Shown: piece by piece, positions 46,965 to 56,725 of the stretch
Numbering within the stretch: position 1 is the stretch's first letter
Layout of the letters: each line of letters opens with the position of its first letter
Assembly: GCA_965223325.1 (NCBI GenBank)
Contig: CBDCWI010000002.1
Span: 3,808,001-3,872,000, forward strand
DNA from: Candidatus Multivoradales bacterium
GTDB lineage: Bacteria; Acidobacteriota; Thermoanaerobaculia; Multivoradales; Multivoraceae
Length of the DNA stretch: 64,000 nt
Direction of reading: 5' to 3'
The notes under the pieces: generated by a model
Seen by the model: the letters and a program-made list of their open reading frames with translations, nothing else
Databases searched by the model: none
Told to the model about the DNA's origin: nothing
Made by a program: the position numbers and the translations under genes

Positions 46965-48121
46965 ATTTCGGGCTTCGAGTAGACGCGGTAGCAATCGATC
47001 CTCGACAGAGCGCCGATGAAGTGACTCGCTTCTTCTAACGGCTCGAGGCTGCCGTTCCAGTTTCTGACCAGAACGCGACTTCGCGACAGGCGGTGGGGGT
47101 CCTTGGCGGCGTTCGAGATCAAGAGGTCGGAGCCGTGTTGGTGCCGCAGAGGCTCGAGGGCACGCTCGAAGGCGGTCTTCGATGCGGCGTCGAGATGCTC
47201 GTTGGTTTCCCACGCCAGCACGTAGCGTTGGCGATCGACCAGGGCCCGGGCGTGCGGGCTCTTGGAGGGCCGAAGTCGAGACATCACCCAGACATCGTCC
47301 TGTTCGAGAAAGATGGCCGGATCGTTCGACCAGAGGATGCCTTCCTCGCGCAGCCACTCATTGAGGTGCAGTTCGAGCACCTTGCCGGTGACGTTGAAGT
47401 AGACCTGCGTGAACATGTAGTAGCGAGCCAGGAGGAGCGCTTCGATGGCATGTACGCCGCCCGCCTCGACGCCAATCCCGATGCTGCCGGTCTCGGGGTC
47501 CTCCAGCGGTACGACGGTTTGCAGGACGCGCTCGAGGTCGAAGGTTCCATAGTGAACGCCGCAGAAGAGGCTGTCGCGTAAGAGATAGTCCATCTTGTCG
47601 ACGTCGAGCTCTCCTGAGATGACTCGATGGAGAAGCGCATCGGTGGGGCTGAGGGGATCTGCACCCTCCTGTGGTCCGCGCAAGAGGCGCAGGACACGTT
47701 CGAGGTCGATGCCGTGAGTACTGAGCAGTTCCGAGATCTCTGAGCTGGCGATCAGCCGACGGGTCATCTCCTCGTGATCGATGTCGCCCTCGAACAGGTC
47801 CTCGGCACTGTGAGAGAAGGGTGCATGGCCAATGTCGTGGAGGAGGCAGGCGGCGCGTAGAGCTCTTCGGTCTGGCGATCTGGGATCGGGGTCGAGATGG
47901 TCACCGCTCCTGGCCAGGGTGTCGTACATGCGGCCGGCCAGGTGCATGACGCCGAGAGCGTGGCTGAAGCGACTGTGCTCGGCGCCCGGAAAGACCAGGT
48001 TGGCCAACGCCAGCTGACGTACGCGGCGCAAGCGCTGCATCGGCCGACTCTCGACCAGGGCCGCTTCACAGGCGTCCGCGTGCACGAAGCCATGAACAGG
48101 GTCACGAACCGTGAAGCTCAC
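46907..48121 (-). CDS. HD-domain phosphohydrolase (dNTPase-like)
   Basis: RDPVHG, HSRFSHALG, LLHDIGHAPFSH, DKMDYL. Confidence 0.92.
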   Translation of the reverse strand: MSFTVRDPVHGFVHADACEAALVESRPMQRLRRVRQLALANLVFPGAEHSRFSHALGVMHLAGRMYDTLARSGDHLDPDPRSPDRRALRAACLLHDIGHAPFSHSAEDLFEGDIDHEEMTRRLIASSEISELLSTHGIDLERVLRLLRGPQEGADPLSPTDALLHRVISGELDVDKMDYLLRDSLFCGVHYGTFDLERVLQTVVPLEDPETGSIGIGVEAGGVHAIEALLLARYYMFTQVYFNVTGKVLELHLNEWLREEGILWSNDPAIFLEQDDVWVMSRLRPSKSPHARALVDRQRYVLAWETNEHLDAASKTAFERALEPLRHQHGSDLLISNAAKDPHRLSRSRVLVRNWNGSLEPLEEASHFIGALSRIDCYRVYSKPEIQAEVSSELAAALSPRAAT

Positions 48122-48122
48122 C

Positions 48123-48662
48123 TCAGTTCTCCTCGGGCTTCCCGGCCAGGGCCCGGTAGGGCCGCAGGAGGTCGAGAACCCGCTCGCCTTCGCGCAGGAG
48201 GGCCAGGAGGGTGGCGCCGCGTTGCGACAGCGGGCTCTGGAGCTGCTCGAGCTTTCGTTGGACCGGCAGGTCGAGTCCCGCTCCCAGCGTATTCACCAGC
48301 ACCTCGAGGTGGCCGCCCTCGGCAAGCAGAATCGCCTGCTCCGGAGTCAGCGGAAAGCCGGCCCTCACTTGCGCGCCAACCTGCGCACTCGTCCTTTTCA
48401 ACTTCCGGAAGAAGCGCCCCTCGGGCAGCGGTTCGATCTCGGTCAACCGGCCCGCCGTGCCGGTGGGAAACACCGACGGGCCTCCGTTTCGCGCGCCCTG
48501 CGCCGCAGGAACCACCATTCCCAGACGCCGATCCGGTTCGGGCAGCTGTTCCAGGTCTCTGATGAGTTGGCGATCGCGCGGCTCGGAGATATGCAGCCGC
48601 AGTTCCGTGGCGGGAAAATGCACCTCTCCGGCGAGAGGGAGAATGGGGATGTCGAAGACCAC
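48123..48662 (-). CDS. LON peptidase N-terminal-domain protein
   Basis: IPILPL..VHFP..LRLHISEPR resembles Lon-N; shorter than usual. Confidence 0.65.
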   Translation of the reverse strand: MVFDIPILPLAGEVHFPATELRLHISEPRDRQLIRDLEQLPEPDRRLGMVVPAAQGARNGGPSVFPTGTAGRLTEIEPLPEGRFFRKLKRTSAQVGAQVRAGFPLTPEQAILLAEGGHLEVLVNTLGAGLDLPVQRKLEQLQSPLSQRGATLLALLREGERVLDLLRPYRALAGKPEEN

Positions 48663-48894
48663 GCCGGGATGATAGCCAGTTGAGGCTGCTTGATGTCTCT
48701 GCGCGGCTCTGAAGGAGACTTGAAGCAGCTCCCGAGTGGAAAGAGTGACACCGACCTGCTGGCTCGTTCGAGGGTGTGGACCACACAGAGTTCAGAGGCA
48801 GTTCAGGTCATTTGCCTTTACAAATCTCCGTTGCCCCCGGTACTCATTGGAGCGCTCCACGTCCCCACCGCCGAAGAGAAGAAGGAGATACAGC

Positions 48895-49341
48895 ATGCAG
48901 CGATCCGACCTGGTCGGCAGCGTAGAGCGCCACGATCGAACCAACGAGACCAGTGACGGGATCCTCCTACACCGTCGGCTCGCCTGGCCGATCGTGGTGC
49001 TCGGGCTCATCACTCTCTCGCGGGTCCTGCCAGCCGGTGCTCAGCCTCCCGCTGTCGAGCCATCGCCCGAACTCGAGCGACTGCACTTCCAACTCGGCTC
49101 GTGGTCGGTCGAGACGCGCGCCTTCGACCCTGGTCGTGCCGAGGTCACGCTGAAGCATCGGGGGCCAGAGCTAGCCTTCGTTTCTGCAGAACCACAGGCC
49201 TGTCAGGCTGGAGTACCGAGGAACTGGCGCAAGATCTACTCCGATATCAGCGAAGACTCCTACCTGCCGCGGTGGCACGATTGCGAGCACGGTGAGCCCT
49301 GGGTGTTGATCTTCGAGTCGACCCTCGAGCGGTCGAAGTGA
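48895..49341 (+). CDS. Secreted DUF1579-like protein, possibly internally deleted
   Basis: AAGGAG RBS; PELERLHFQLGSW is shared with the next gene. Confidence 0.55.
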   Translation: MQRSDLVGSVERHDRTNETSDGILLHRRLAWPIVVLGLITLSRVLPAGAQPPAVEPSPELERLHFQLGSWSVETRAFDPGRAEVTLKHRGPELAFVSAEPQACQAGVPRNWRKIYSDISEDSYLPRWHDCEHGEPWVLIFESTLERSK

Positions 49342-50456
49342 GCGTCTTCTGGAGGGCCGGAGGCGGCGCGCTACACACCTGTCGGGATCGCCTGAACGGA
49401 GCGGCGGCAGTTGCCTGCACTGCCCTCCTCTTCGTTGCTGCGGGCCTGGGCGCTCAGGTAACGGTCATGTCACGTTCCCCCGAGCTCGATCGGCTGCAGT
49501 TCATGGTCGGCGAATGGGAAACAACGACCAAGGTGCAGTTGGGAGGAAAGGAACTCGACGTCGTGGGTTCGTCGGTTGCCTCCTGGAACCCGCGACACAC
49601 CTGGCTCGAGATTCGCAGTGAGATGCACTTTCCTGGGATGGAATTGCCTCTGCGCGTCGTCGAGCACGTCGCCTGGAGCTCCGAGCGAGAACGTTATGAG
49701 TGGGTCGGAGTCGACGACCAGTCCGCCCTCGTCCACCGCGGCACCGCATCGTGGAACGACGCGGGTGCGTGGGTCATGAAGGGGCACCCATTCCAGTGGC
49801 AGGACGGCAGTACCTACCGAAGCCGACGCACAATCACCAGGCAGGAAGATGGCAGCCTCCGCGAGGTCGGCGAGATGGCGGTCGACGACCGCGACTTCAT
49901 CACCAATGGGGTCACGACCAGGAGACCGCGCACGGAAGCGACGAGCGGAGTACCCGCAGAGTCTCCGGAAGTGCCAAGCGATGCGCTCGACGAGAGCCCG
50001 CTCCGGGTGCTCGACTTCTACGTCGGTCGCATCGTTCCCGCAACGCCCGATCAAGCGGGCTTCGGTAGCAACGTGATCCTCGAGCGCTCGGTGGGCGGCC
50101 GATCGATTCGCTTCCAGGGCCGCTGGGACCGCGAGGGCTTCCCGAAAGAGTTCGTCGAGGGATGGATGGCCTGGGACCCGGTCGCCGCGGTCATCAAGAT
50201 CGGCGCCGTCTTCTTCCACGGCGCCACCTTCGAGGGCTCGGTCGAAGTCCTCGATGCTGCCAAGCACGTCGTTGAACGTCGTTGGACCGGCCATTACCCG
50301 GACGGGCGCGAGGTGCGCTACCGCGAGCGCTGGACTCCCGTTTCTGCCGACGAGTTCGTATGGAAGATCGACTACTTCGAGGACGGCGAATGGCGCCATC
50401 ACCTACCCCCCGGCGCCACCACGGCTGCCATCCACCGCGTCATACGCTCGGAGTGA
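49338..50456 (+). CDS. Secreted protein with tandem DUF1579-like beta-barrel domains
   Basis: PELDRLQFMVGEW and PLRVLDFYVG repeats. Confidence 0.65.
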   Translation: MSVFWRAGGGALHTCRDRLNGAAAVACTALLFVAAGLGAQVTVMSRSPELDRLQFMVGEWETTTKVQLGGKELDVVGSSVASWNPRHTWLEIRSEMHFPGMELPLRVVEHVAWSSERERYEWVGVDDQSALVHRGTASWNDAGAWVMKGHPFQWQDGSTYRSRRTITRQEDGSLREVGEMAVDDRDFITNGVTTRRPRTEATSGVPAESPEVPSDALDESPLRVLDFYVGRIVPATPDQAGFGSNVILERSVGGRSIRFQGRWDREGFPKEFVEGWMAWDPVAAVIKIGAVFFHGATFEGSVEVLDAAKHVVERRWTGHYPDGREVRYRERWTPVSADEFVWKIDYFEDGEWRHHLPPGATTAAIHRVIRSE

Positions 50457-50562
50457 GGACCGGGACTACGGACTGAACGGCACAGTGCAGCGGAAGGAGC
50501 GACCGGAAGAATCGACTGGCTTGCTACGCTAAGAGGCAACAGCCTCATTGCGGAGACTCTAG

Positions 50563-52212
50563 ATGGTCGACGAAAGCGGAGCGCGCTTCCTACGATCCGG
50601 CGAATTCGTCGTAGACCGCCGGGCGCGCGAACTCCACCGGGGTGAAGACCGCGTGGCGATTCAGAACAAGCCGCTGTGCGTTCTAGAGGCACTGCTTGTC
50701 GCCGGCAACGACGTCGTGACACGTAGCGAATTGGCTGCCGTGCTGTGGCCCGGGGTGGACTATGTCGATTCTGAGAACGGTATCAACACAGCGGTGCGCA
50801 AACTGCGCGATGCCCTCGGGGATGCCGCCGACGCACCGCGATTCGTCGAGACCGTGCCACGAGTCGGCTATCGCTGGCTGGGCGCCGTAGAGGAGTCGTC
50901 TCTCGCTACCGTCTGCAGGGAGGTCACTCAAACACCGCAGGGCGTCGAGTTCCCGGTTCGGCAGTTGGCGGCCGGGTGGCGTGGCGCTGTGGCGGTTGCA
51001 GCCGTGGTTGCCGTCATGGGTCTCGTTCTGGCGTTGGCCTATGGCGGCGACGAGGCATCTCCGACGCTTCCTGAGAGCCAGGAGGCCAGGGATGCTTGGC
51101 GCGAAGCACGCTTCCTGCTCGAGGGCCCGGCGCTTGGTTCCCTACCAGCCCAGGTCGATCGTCTCGCCGAAGCCACCCGGTTACTCGAACGCGTTGTCTC
51201 GTACGACCCTGGTTTTGGCCCGGCGCACGGCCATCTCGCCCAGACCCTCGTCTTCCGTCTCTTCTCGCGGCGAGAGTGCGAGGACTGCGAGAGCAGAGTA
51301 CGGGAGGCGGTTGCGAGAACGCTCGCTCTTGATCCCGAACAACTCGAGGCCAACCTGGCCGCGGCGCAGATCGCGTTGGTGCTCGACTGGGACGCCGCGA
51401 CGGCGAGCAAGCACATCGACCTCGCACAGAGCGTCGCACCTGAGTCGGGAGAGGCATGGTTGGTACGGGCCAGCTGGCTCGCCGCCGTCGGACGGTCCCC
51501 GGAAGCCGTCGTCGCCGTCGAGCGCGCCATAGACTCTGATCCCGGCTCGAACCTGATCAGGGGCGACCTCGGCTTCTTTCTGCTGGCAGCAGACCGTCCG
51601 CAGGAAGCCCGCGTTGTGTGCGAGCGCCTTGGCGAGCTCGAGCCCTCCTTCCAGCCAGGCCTGCGCTGTCGATTGCTGGCGCATCTGGCGCTCGATCAAG
51701 ACAGCGAGGCCGAGCGGGTTGCTGCACAACTGCTGTCGAGCCTGGCCGGAGCCTCTGTGGAAAGCGAGGACGAGCACCTGGCACCACCGACAGCGCAACA
51801 GGTGCCAGCCCTCGAGCTCTACCTCGAACGCAATCTCGCGCGCGCCGAGAGCTCTGGCCGCGCACTTTCGATTGCCGGAGCTCTCGCCCTGATGGAGCGT
51901 AGAGACGAAGCGCTCGATGCCCTCGAGGAAGCCGTCGCCAATCGTGAGCTCATGCTGGCGATGCTCCCGCTCTTCGCAGAGTTTCGAACTCTGCGCTACG
52001 AACCGCGATTCCTCCGTTTGATGGATCAGATCGGCATCGTCGAGACCGCCCCGCCAGGAAAGGGCAAACGGAGCGCGGTTGACCAGAAGCACGTCGCTAG
52101 CTGGCACAGTTTGCGCCCGAGGCGGCATCGCGCCATCCTCTACCCTTGGCCCGCTGCCTCTCCATCTTCGTCGTGGACGGGAATAGAGAGTGAGCGGCTC
52201 CTCCAGATGTAG
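50563..52212 (+). CDS. CadC-like winged-helix + TM + TPR regulator
   Basis: VTRSEL..LWP...VRKLRDALGD...FVETVPRVGYR, then a TM helix and TPR-like repeats. Confidence 0.88.
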   Translation: MVDESGARFLRSGEFVVDRRARELHRGEDRVAIQNKPLCVLEALLVAGNDVVTRSELAAVLWPGVDYVDSENGINTAVRKLRDALGDAADAPRFVETVPRVGYRWLGAVEESSLATVCREVTQTPQGVEFPVRQLAAGWRGAVAVAAVVAVMGLVLALAYGGDEASPTLPESQEARDAWREARFLLEGPALGSLPAQVDRLAEATRLLERVVSYDPGFGPAHGHLAQTLVFRLFSRRECEDCESRVREAVARTLALDPEQLEANLAAAQIALVLDWDAATASKHIDLAQSVAPESGEAWLVRASWLAAVGRSPEAVVAVERAIDSDPGSNLIRGDLGFFLLAADRPQEARVVCERLGELEPSFQPGLRCRLLAHLALDQDSEAERVAAQLLSSLAGASVESEDEHLAPPTAQQVPALELYLERNLARAESSGRALSIAGALALMERRDEALDALEEAVANRELMLAMLPLFAEFRTLRYEPRFLRLMDQIGIVETAPPGKGKRSAVDQKHVASWHSLRPRRHRAILYPWPAASPSSSWTGIESERLLQM

Positions 52213-55200
52213 TAGATCGTTGGTAGGAGCAGCAAGGCTCCCAAGAATGCTGTCATCACCCCACCCACCATCGGCGCCGCGATCCGGCGCATCACGTCAG
52301 CACCAGTGCCTGTCGCCCAGAGGATCGGCAAGAGCGAACAAAACGTTGCGACCACGGTCATTGTGAGCGGCCGAACACGCCGCACGGCACCTTCGTGCAC
52401 CGCCTCGCGGAGGTGTTCCGTTGAACTCATCCGACCACGCTCTTGCCACTCCTCGTAGGCGAGGTCGAGATAGAGCAGCATCACCACGGTGCTCTCGACC
52501 GCCAGACCGGCCAGCGCGATGATGCCCACGGCAACGGCAACCGACATGTTGTATCCCAGCCACCAGAGGAGCCAGATCGAGCCGACGAGCGCAACCGGGA
52601 TGGCGCATAGGACCATCAGGGTCTTGGCCAGGGAGTGGGTGTGCAGGTAGAGGATCAACACGATGAGTCCGAGGGTCAACGGGATAATCAAGAGCAAACG
52701 CGCTCGGGCTCGCGCCAGGGATTCGAACTGGCCAGACCAATAGATCGTGTAGCCTTCTGGCAACTCGATCGCCTCGCCCACCTCCTCCTGGGCGCGGCGA
52801 ACCCAACCGCCGACATCGACCGTTGAGTCGAGATCGACGTAGACCCAGGCGTTGGGACGCGCCCCCTCAGACTTGATTCCCGGCGGCCCCTCCCGCAGTT
52901 CGAGTCGCGCCACCTGGCGAAGCGGGATCTGTCCACCTCCCGGCGTGGGCACGAGAATCTCCTGCAGTGCTGCCGGATTGTCCCGAAGCTCGCGCGGATA
53001 GCGCACGTTGATCGGATAGCGCTCCAGCCCTTCGACGGTAAAGGAGACGTTCATGCCACCCACTGCGGAACGAATCACGTCCTGAATCTCGCCCACGCCG
53101 AGACCAAACCGCGCGGCAGCTTCACGATCGACGTCGAAATCTAGATAGCTGCCTCCCATGACGCGTTCGGCGTAGGCCGAGCGAGTTCCCGGAAGCGATT
53201 TTACCGTCGCCTCGACGCCTTCAGCGAGTTGCTCGAGCAGCTCGAGATCAGGCCCGCCGATCTTGATCCCCACCGGGGTCTTGATTCCGGTCGAGAGCAT
53301 GTCGAGGCGCGTCTTGATGGGCATGGTCCAGGCATTGGTGAGGCCAGGAATCTGAATGGCTCGATCAAACTCTTGAACCAGTTTCTCGCGTGTCATCCCG
53401 GTTCGCCACTCTGATGGATCGCGCAGAACAACTGTGGTCTCGATCATCGACAGTGGCGCCGGGTCGGTTGCGGTTTCCGCTCGCCCGACCTTGCCGAAGA
53501 CGGACTCGACCTCCGGGAAGGAGCTCAAGATCTTGTCGGTCTGCTGCAGAATCTCTCTGGCTTTGGTGATCGATAGGCCGGGGAAGGTCGTGGGCATGTA
53601 CAGCACGTCACCCTCCCAAAGTGGAGGCATGAACTCGGAGCCCAGCTGGTGATAGGGCACCAGGGTCACGAGCAGTGCCGCGATCACCAGAAAGATCGCC
53701 AACCAGCGAAAACGAAGCGTCAGGGTGAGCAACGGTGTATAGAGCCAGCGCAGGACTTTCGAGATGGGATTCTCGTCCTCGCTGCGGATGTGGCCACGAA
53801 CGAACACCAGCATGAGGACAGGCACCACCGTCACTGCCAGAACCGCCGCGGCAGCCATCGCCCAGGTCTTGGTGAACGCGAGCGGGCGAAAGAGCCGCCC
53901 CTCCTGGGCTTCGAGTGTGAACACCGGAACAAAGGAGAGTGTGATGATGAGGAGGCTGAAAAACAGGGTCGGGCCGACTTCCTGAGCTGAACGCGCGATG
54001 ATCTCGCGACGGGAAGCCTGGGGACGAGAAGCGAGATGCTTGTGAGCGTTCTCGAGCATGATGATCGCCGCATCGACCAGGACACCGATCGAAATCGCAA
54101 TACCGCCGAGCGACATGATGTTGGCGCCGAGCCCCTGGGCGCGCATGATGATGAGCGCCGACAGGATGGACAACGGAATCGAGAGAATCGCCACCAGGGC
54201 TGAGCGCACGTGCAACAGGAAGACGATGCAGACGATCGACACCACCAGCATCTCTTCGAGAAGTGTGTCTGTGAGAGTGCGGACTGATCGTTCGATCAGA
54301 GTCGAGCGATCGTAGGCCACAGAGACCTCGATATCGTCAGGCAGCCCTTCCTGAAGCTCGGCGAGGCGTCGTTTGACCCCCTGGATCGTGCGACGGGTAT
54401 CGGCACCGGCGCGCACGACCACGATGCCGCCAACGGTTTCTCCTTCCCCGTTCCAGTCGGCCAAGCCGCGGCGCAACTCCGGCCCGATCGCTACGTGCGC
54501 TACGTGTTCGAGAAGGACCGGTACGCCTCCAGGCCCGGTGTCGAGCACGATCTTCTGCAGGTCCTCAATGGTCTTCACATAGCCACGACCGCGCACCATG
54601 AACTCGCGCTCGGCGATCTCCACCAAGCGACCACCAACATCGATGTTCGAACCCTGAATCGCCCGCTTGATCGTCTGCAACGTGACGCCGTAGGCGCGCA
54701 TGCGCACCGGATCGACCTCGACCTGATACTGCCGCACGAAACCGCCGATCGAGGCGACCTCAGAAACCCCCTCGACTTCGGAAAGGCCGAAGCGTAGGTA
54801 CCAGTCCTGGTAGCTGCGCAGCTCAGCGAGTGACCGCTGCTCTGAATTGAGGACATACATGAACGCCCAGCCAACGCCGGTGGCATCCGGCCCCAGCTGT
54901 GGCGTGACGCCTTCGGGCAGGCGATCGGCCAGGCCCGAGAGATACTCGAGGACCCGCGAGCGGGCCCAGTAGAGATCGGTGCCGTCCTCGAAGATGACGT
55001 ACACGAACGAGTAGCCGAAGAACGAGTATCCGCGCACCACCTTGGCAAATGGCACGGAGAGCATCTTGGAAGTGATCGGATAGGTGACCTGATCTTCGAT
55101 GACCTGCGGTGCCTGCCCGGGGAACTCGGTATAGAGAATGACCTGGGCATCCGAGAGATCGGGAATTGCATCGACGCTGGTTTCTGCGATCGAGTACACC

Positions 55201-55280
55201 CCCAGGGCGACTAGCACAACCGTGCCCAGAATCACCAACAGCGGGTTGTCGAGCGACCACCGTATGACTGCTCTTAGCAC
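52140..55280 (-). CDS. cusA: CusA/CzcA heavy-metal RND permease
   Basis: DAIPDLSD, LGPDATGVGW, DPAPLSMIET, RIAAPMVGG. Confidence 0.94.
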   Translation of the reverse strand: MLRAVIRWSLDNPLLVILGTVVLVALGVYSIAETSVDAIPDLSDAQVILYTEFPGQAPQVIEDQVTYPITSKMLSVPFAKVVRGYSFFGYSFVYVIFEDGTDLYWARSRVLEYLSGLADRLPEGVTPQLGPDATGVGWAFMYVLNSEQRSLAELRSYQDWYLRFGLSEVEGVSEVASIGGFVRQYQVEVDPVRMRAYGVTLQTIKRAIQGSNIDVGGRLVEIAEREFMVRGRGYVKTIEDLQKIVLDTGPGGVPVLLEHVAHVAIGPELRRGLADWNGEGETVGGIVVVRAGADTRRTIQGVKRRLAELQEGLPDDIEVSVAYDRSTLIERSVRTLTDTLLEEMLVVSIVCIVFLLHVRSALVAILSIPLSILSALIIMRAQGLGANIMSLGGIAISIGVLVDAAIIMLENAHKHLASRPQASRREIIARSAQEVGPTLFFSLLIITLSFVPVFTLEAQEGRLFRPLAFTKTWAMAAAAVLAVTVVPVLMLVFVRGHIRSEDENPISKVLRWLYTPLLTLTLRFRWLAIFLVIAALLVTLVPYHQLGSEFMPPLWEGDVLYMPTTFPGLSITKAREILQQTDKILSSFPEVESVFGKVGRAETATDPAPLSMIETTVVLRDPSEWRTGMTREKLVQEFDRAIQIPGLTNAWTMPIKTRLDMLSTGIKTPVGIKIGGPDLELLEQLAEGVEATVKSLPGTRSAYAERVMGGSYLDFDVDREAAARFGLGVGEIQDVIRSAVGGMNVSFTVEGLERYPINVRYPRELRDNPAALQEILVPTPGGGQIPLRQVARLELREGPPGIKSEGARPNAWVYVDLDSTVDVGGWVRRAQEEVGEAIELPEGYTIYWSGQFESLARARARLLLIIPLTLGLIVLILYLHTHSLAKTLMVLCAIPVALVGSIWLLWWLGYNMSVAVAVGIIALAGLAVESTVVMLLYLDLAYEEWQERGRMSSTEHLREAVHEGAVRRVRPLTMTVVATFCSLLPILWATGTGADVMRRIAAPMVGGVMTAFLGALLLLPTIYYIWRSRSLSIPVHDEDGEAAGQG

Positions 55281-55294
55281 TCCGTTCTCCGGTC

Positions 55295-56725
55295 TCAGTG
55301 CTGATGACCGCTGTGATCGGTCATCGATTCCATGTCGGCCGCTTCACCGTCTGCCGCACCTTCACCCACCAGCGTCTGGATCGCAGCGCGCAGCGTCGAC
55401 TCCGAATCGAGCAGGAACTGAGACGAGGTCACTACCTCCTCCCCGCCTTCGAGTCCCGAGAGCACTTCGGTGTACTCCCCGATCTCCTGGCCGAGCACAA
55501 CCTCGCGTGGCACGAAGCCGCCGTTTCCCAGCGCCAGCACGACAACATTGCGGTGTCCCGTGCGCAGTACCGCCTGCCTGGGGACGGTGAGCGCATCCGG
55601 GATCTGGACCGGTAGGAACTCGACCGTCGCGTACATGCCCTTGCGCAGGCGAGCGCCCCGATTTGCCACTTCGATCTTGGCGCGCATCGTCCGGGTGCGC
55701 TCCGAGAGCTCGGGCTCGAGGAAGCGTACGGTGCCTTCGAAGGATTCGCCCGGGAAATAGGAAAGCGAAATCGAAGCGGGCGTTCCTTCCTTGACCCAGG
55801 CGAGCTGGTCCTCGAACAACTCAACCGACACCCACAGCCGATTGAGGTCGGCGATATGGAAGAGTTCGACGCCCGGGCTCACTGCCATTCCTTCGAGGCC
55901 CGGAGTGCGTTTCATGACCAGGCCGCTCGCAGGAGCACGCACTGTGCGGCTGCGAAACACCTGGCCGGTTCGTTCGAGCTCTTCGATCTGCTCGGCCGAG
56001 ATGTCCCAGTAGCCGAGTCGCGTGCGGGCCGACTCGACCATCGACTCGGCCCGCCGCCTGGCGTCTTCGGGCGCGCCCGCCATCTCGCGTGCGAACTCGA
56101 GGGCCGAGAGGAGCTCCTGCTCGGTCTGCACGAGCTCGGGTGAGTAGATCTCGAACAGCGGCTGGTCGCGTCGCACTTCTTCACCGACGTAGTTCACATA
56201 CACCTTCTCGACCCAGCCTGAAAACTTGGTGGTCACAGTCACCATGCGTTGCTGGTCATACTCGAGGTAGCCGACCGTCTTGATCTGGCGACTGAGATCT
56301 CTGCGACTCACGACCTCGGTGCGCACATTCAGGTTCTGCACCACGGCCGGATCGACGTGCACGACCGAGTGGTCGCCAGCCATTTCCTCTTCGGCCGAGA
56401 AGGCCGAATCCTTCTTGTTGACGTTTGCGGTGACGGGCACAAGATCCATCGAACAGATCGGACAAGTCCCGGGCTCCCGTTCGAGAATCTCCGGATGCAT
56501 GCTGCATGTGTAGAGATCGGCGGTCTCGTTGTGTTCGATGTCGAGCACAGAAGGGTCGTGGCCCGACTCTTCTTTTTCGCCACCGGGCTGAAACCCTGGC
56601 AAGAGCTGTGCGAGAAGCACGCCGGCGATCAGTCCCACCACGAGCAGCAACGCCACTACACCGAACGGAACACTGCCATTCTCGGTGGGTCTGGGGCCCG
56701 GCGAGTCGAAAAGCACGCGGTTCAT
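55295..56725 (-). CDS. cusB: CusB-like RND periplasmic adaptor with heavy-metal-binding domain
   Basis: YTCSMHP..PGTCPICSMDL, YSPEL, QFLLDSES. Confidence 0.92.
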   Translation of the reverse strand: MNRVLFDSPGPRPTENGSVPFGVVALLLVVGLIAGVLLAQLLPGFQPGGEKEESGHDPSVLDIEHNETADLYTCSMHPEILEREPGTCPICSMDLVPVTANVNKKDSAFSAEEEMAGDHSVVHVDPAVVQNLNVRTEVVSRRDLSRQIKTVGYLEYDQQRMVTVTTKFSGWVEKVYVNYVGEEVRRDQPLFEIYSPELVQTEQELLSALEFAREMAGAPEDARRRAESMVESARTRLGYWDISAEQIEELERTGQVFRSRTVRAPASGLVMKRTPGLEGMAVSPGVELFHIADLNRLWVSVELFEDQLAWVKEGTPASISLSYFPGESFEGTVRFLEPELSERTRTMRAKIEVANRGARLRKGMYATVEFLPVQIPDALTVPRQAVLRTGHRNVVVLALGNGGFVPREVVLGQEIGEYTEVLSGLEGGEEVVTSSQFLLDSESTLRAAIQTLVGEGAADGEAADMESMTDHSGHQH

